Source of the DNA: Takakia lepidozioides
Lineage: Eukaryota; Plantae; Bryophyta
Reading direction: 5' to 3'
Assembly: GCA_030704615.1 (NCBI GenBank)
Contig: CM060734.1
Span: 35,526,001 to 35,590,000 of the forward strand
Length of the DNA: 64,000 nucleotides
This document shows positions 60,490-64,000 of the stretch, piece by piece. The notes beneath the pieces were generated by a model. It was not told the DNA's origin, did no database searches, and saw nothing but the letters and a program-made list of their open reading frames with translations. The position numbers and the translations under genes were made by a program. The number at the start of each line of letters is the position of its first letter. Position 1 is the first letter of the stretch.

Positions 60490-61933
60490 TTATGGAGATC
60501 ATTTTGACCCCCCATAAACACATACAAAGGACCCTACTAATGAAAAAGGCTGTTTGGCTTGAAAGTTTTAATGCATTTAGCTAGGATACCATAGCACATG
60601 TCTATGTGGGAGGTAGGAGGAAGAAAGAGCTTGGTCAAAGCTCAAGTTTCATACTTTGCAAGATCCAAAAACAAGAAAATTCCCCCTTAAAACACAAAAA
60701 ACTCTCCTCTTGTTTGTGGTGAGGTTCTCCACAATTTGCTGGGCGGATGTGCATGGTAGGCAAGGTGAATATGATAAGGTTCAAATTTTTGGATCTAATA
60801 TGGTAGGTGTGTAGCCTCAATTGGAGGCTGAAATTTACCCAATGGCGGGCCCTTAACCCTTAAGGGCCAAAGAGATTTGATTCAGGTTATGAGGAAGAAG
60901 ATTTTTTTCTCTACTTTTCGCAGATCTTAATATTTTTCAATGGTTTCAACTACAATTAATATTCTGGCAACATGGCCCACCTTCTCATATTGAAAGCCGT
61001 ACATTCTAATAAATTCTCTGACATGTAGATTTTCTAGAAAATGTAGGGGTTAGGAGCACGGGAAGGAGTCACGTAGAGTTGAGTTGAGCATCTGCGTGGT
61101 CGATATAATTGGCACACGTTTAGCGGTCAAATTGCCATATGCATGCCGGCGGTGGATTACACACCCAGTCCATCCACCATGACAAGAAACCTACCCGCTT
61201 CCTGGCACCCGCTGCGAGTACTGTTGGAGAACCCAGCGACCAACTTCACTTTGAAATGGAGGTTGAAAGTCTACGTGGCCCTTCAACAGTCGCCGAGAAC
61301 CTCTACCGGAGTAGGTAATTTGCAGGCATGTGGGCAGGAAAGTAACTTGGCCCACTCGAGGGCCCACATTTGTAGATTGTACCGTTGAATCTAGTTTCTT
61401 TTTTTCTAGGCTCACTATTGTTTTACATTTCACACCCTCACCAGAGCGATTGAGTGAAACATCTTTTTTTTTAATCAAGGAGTGGATTTCTTGTGAGGGC
61501 TCACTTTGAATTAATAAGCTATGGAGGACATTTTGCCCTCACCTCAAACACATACAAAGGACCCTAATAAAATGAAAGGTTGTTTGATTTGAAACTTCCA
61601 CAATAGTTGGCTATGACAACATACCACATTTCTATGTGGGAGACAAGAGCAGGAAAAATCCACCCATCACCTAAATAGTTTGGTCAAAGCTCAAATTCTA
61701 TACTTTACAAAATCCCAAAAAAAAAACCGTCTCACTAAAGCACTAAAATCTCTCATAATTTATAGTGAATTTTTCCACAATTTGATGAGTACATGTATAT
61801 GGTAGACAAGATAAACCTGGCAAGGTTCATTTTTTTGGATGTATCAGGTAGGTGTGTAGCCTCAGTTAACTAACTAGAGGTTACTTTTTTTAGGGGTAAA
61901 ATTTGCCCAATGGTGGGCTCTTATGGTTAAGGG
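60490..61933. mobile_element. Older sibling piggyBac-type element whose right TIR is split by the 60857-61926 insertion
   Basis: Removing the inner element restores ...CCCAATGGCGGGCCCTTAAGGG|ATAA. 60500-60850 aligns with 61530-61920. The left end was not found. Confidence 0.6.
60857..61926. mobile_element. Non-autonomous piggyBac-type element with TTAA TSD
   Basis: TTAA|CCCTTAAGGGCC ... GGGCTCTTATGG|TTAA. Its right ~400 bp is homologous to the adjacent 60490-60852. Confidence 0.7.
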
Positions 61934-63744
61934 ATAAAGCATACCATGATAGTGCAAAAAATAAAATAAAATAGTGCAGCCCCGACTTCACCAAATTTAG
62001 TCCATAGATGAAATATGGATGTCATCCACTCAAGTCAAGTCTTTATGCTTATTCTCTCTATGCTTATTGAGCTTTCTTTTAATTAGTGGATGGTCCGGCT
62101 GAGAAAGTTCAGAAAGTTCAGAAAATGCAAAAATCAGGATTGAAGTAAATTACAACAGATTCATACAGATAACATGCTACATGCGGGTTTGAGAGTTTTG
62201 TTTGTTGAACCTGTACGAAATAGAGTCCTATTGAGAAGTTTGACAATCCCAGTGCCCCCAGCCGCAACTTCGCCAACCCCAAGCACTCCACCTGCACCAA
62301 GCCCCTCACCAAGCCTGCTCCCCTCTACTCCTCTGACCCCTGCAGCAACCACAACCACAACCACAACCAACTTAGCATACCCTGAAGATAGGAAAAAACT
62401 ACTTACACTGGTACTCAAACCAGTAGTTGTAGTGTTTGTGGCGGCACCAAATTGGAAGCCACTAGTGAGTCACTTGAAACCCAACCCACATAATACTAGA
62501 ACTATCTAGAAAGTCAACTAGTGAACTACTAAAAATAGCTAGTGACTACCTACCTACGTGGCCCACACCCTACATTCATGGGCCATGTGCTCCCCCATTT
62601 TGTTTTTGGGTTTGACACCTCACAAGTTAAATTATCCCAACCCACAACCCCTCTCCCTGCCACCTCATTCGTCAAACCCTCTAATTCCTGGACCACAGTA
62701 ACTCCTGGACCACTCTAGAATCAGCGCCGAATGAAACTGCTCTACATATTTGCTGAGAATCAAATACATCAAATACAAAATTTTCTGAATTTTGGATGGA
62801 GAATTATTCCAGTAAGTTGTAGAGACTCTGAACACATCCATTTATCTCAACACGTCCCACATTTTGGTGATTTTGAATTTTATTAGATAGAAAAACAATT
62901 CCCAAAACATGCCTAACCCATGAACTGTTTGGTGATGTGGCACACTAACCAACACCTTACCAGTCTTTATCTCAAAACATTAATTTTATTCTTAAGTGTA
63001 ATTAGGGTCTAAAATAGGTCACTCATGGAGGGTTCAGGGACATCCACATTTCGATCTAGATAGCAGTGTGAAAAGGGGCAATCATATGGCAAAGATATTT
63101 TGTTGACAGAGAGGAGGAGGGTCGTAGGCAAAGACAGGCAGGGTGTGCGGGTAGCATCCCTGTAAGAAGGTCTCGTGCTGAACATCCTGCAAGCCAGGTT
63201 CCATCTCGTTGGAAGGATTGTCGAGATGGGCTCTGATAGTTGAAAGAGAGCCGGGCCAAGGAGTGGAAGCGATCTGGCATGGAAGCGGAAGAGAAACACG
63301 TGTAGGATTGACAGTCCTGGAAAGAAGAGTAGCGCCGGTCTGAACAGATTGGCGCCTACAGGTGCTCCTTGGTCTCATGACGGATCGAGGACTTAGTGGA
63401 CAGAGGTGAATGTTTGCATTCCTCAGCAATCTCTTACGTACACAAGTTCTTGCAGCACCTCGTGGATCTCTCCTATCCACATGTCGATCTACAGGTTCAT
63501 CCTGACTCTGATCTGCTCGGTGTTTGCATTCCTACCCTTTATATTGATGTTAAAAGGCGTGAAGTCTTGCTACATATTACCTGTACCTGACATTTGCACT
63601 CAGGGGCATCCCTAAGTTTTCAAATTTTGGTTGGCAGGACTCTGGCTCACCTCAATCCCTTGGATACTTGTAAAGGTGGACATCAGATACCAGGAGAGCT
63701 GACACAAAGCTGCACTATGTGGATAGCATGCGTACTGCCAATTG

Positions 63745-63980
63745 TCTAAGAGTAACATGACTCCCACATAGAGTACAGAGGGAGAGAGGATACACGACGG
63801 AGCTACACAGTACACCTGTGCAGCACCTCTTCAAATTATTAATGACGTAAAGCCTTATTTTAGGTAGCTACTTAGGGTAGCATGACTCCCACACAGACAG
63901 AGGGAGAGAGGACATACCAACTGAGCAGCTGCACAGTACCATCACTACTGCACATCCATCCTCTCTAAATTATTGTCACT
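63745..63980. repeat. Two diverged ~120-bp tandem units
   Basis: CATGACTCCCACA...ACAGAGGGAGAGAGGA...CACAGTAC...AAATTATT occurs at ~63755 and ~63880. Confidence 0.6.
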
Positions 63981-64000
63981 GTACATAGCCTACGGCACGA

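Noticed and set aside
62161-62470. FG-nucleoporin-like exons (SGFQFGAATNTTTTG) on the minus strand
   Set aside because: No start codon, very short, and no further supporting exons.
63082-63590. Terminal exon of a minus-strand gene entering from the right edge
   Set aside because: No recognisable homology and in-frame stops upstream; cannot be supported from this window.

Overview
Eukaryotic nuclear DNA from a land plant, most likely a non-seed lineage (inferred from the TE repertoire and a bryophyte-type mitochondrial atp1 fragment). Three intact intron-rich genes were reconstructed by hand: NPU (1378-5069, +, 9 exons), fibrillarin (48675-46673, -, 6 exons, hosting a C/D-box snoRNA) and ARP4 (49215-59948, +, 20 exons), the last two head-to-head. 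There is also a disrupted ASHR3/SDG4-like SET gene with a U12-type intron and an orphan fragment of an ACA8-type Ca2+-ATPase. The ~9-36 kb block is nested TEs: a full-length Galadriel-like chromovirus (LTRs, tRNA-Met PBS, 5-bp TSD) inside a PHD-finger Ty3/Gypsy element, a deleted second copy, a piggyBac transposase relic interrupted by a NUMT, piggyBac-type and Tc1/mariner MITEs, tRNA-derived SINEs and an L1 fragment. Two RTEX-like LINE families populate the introns. The most unusual signals are: a twister/twister-sister-like fold in all three LTR copies, a plant piggyBac family, G-rich 3' splice sites that largely lack a polypyrimidine tract, and LINE insertions at intronic (CT)n tracts. All calls come from reading the sequence; no searches or folding programs were run.
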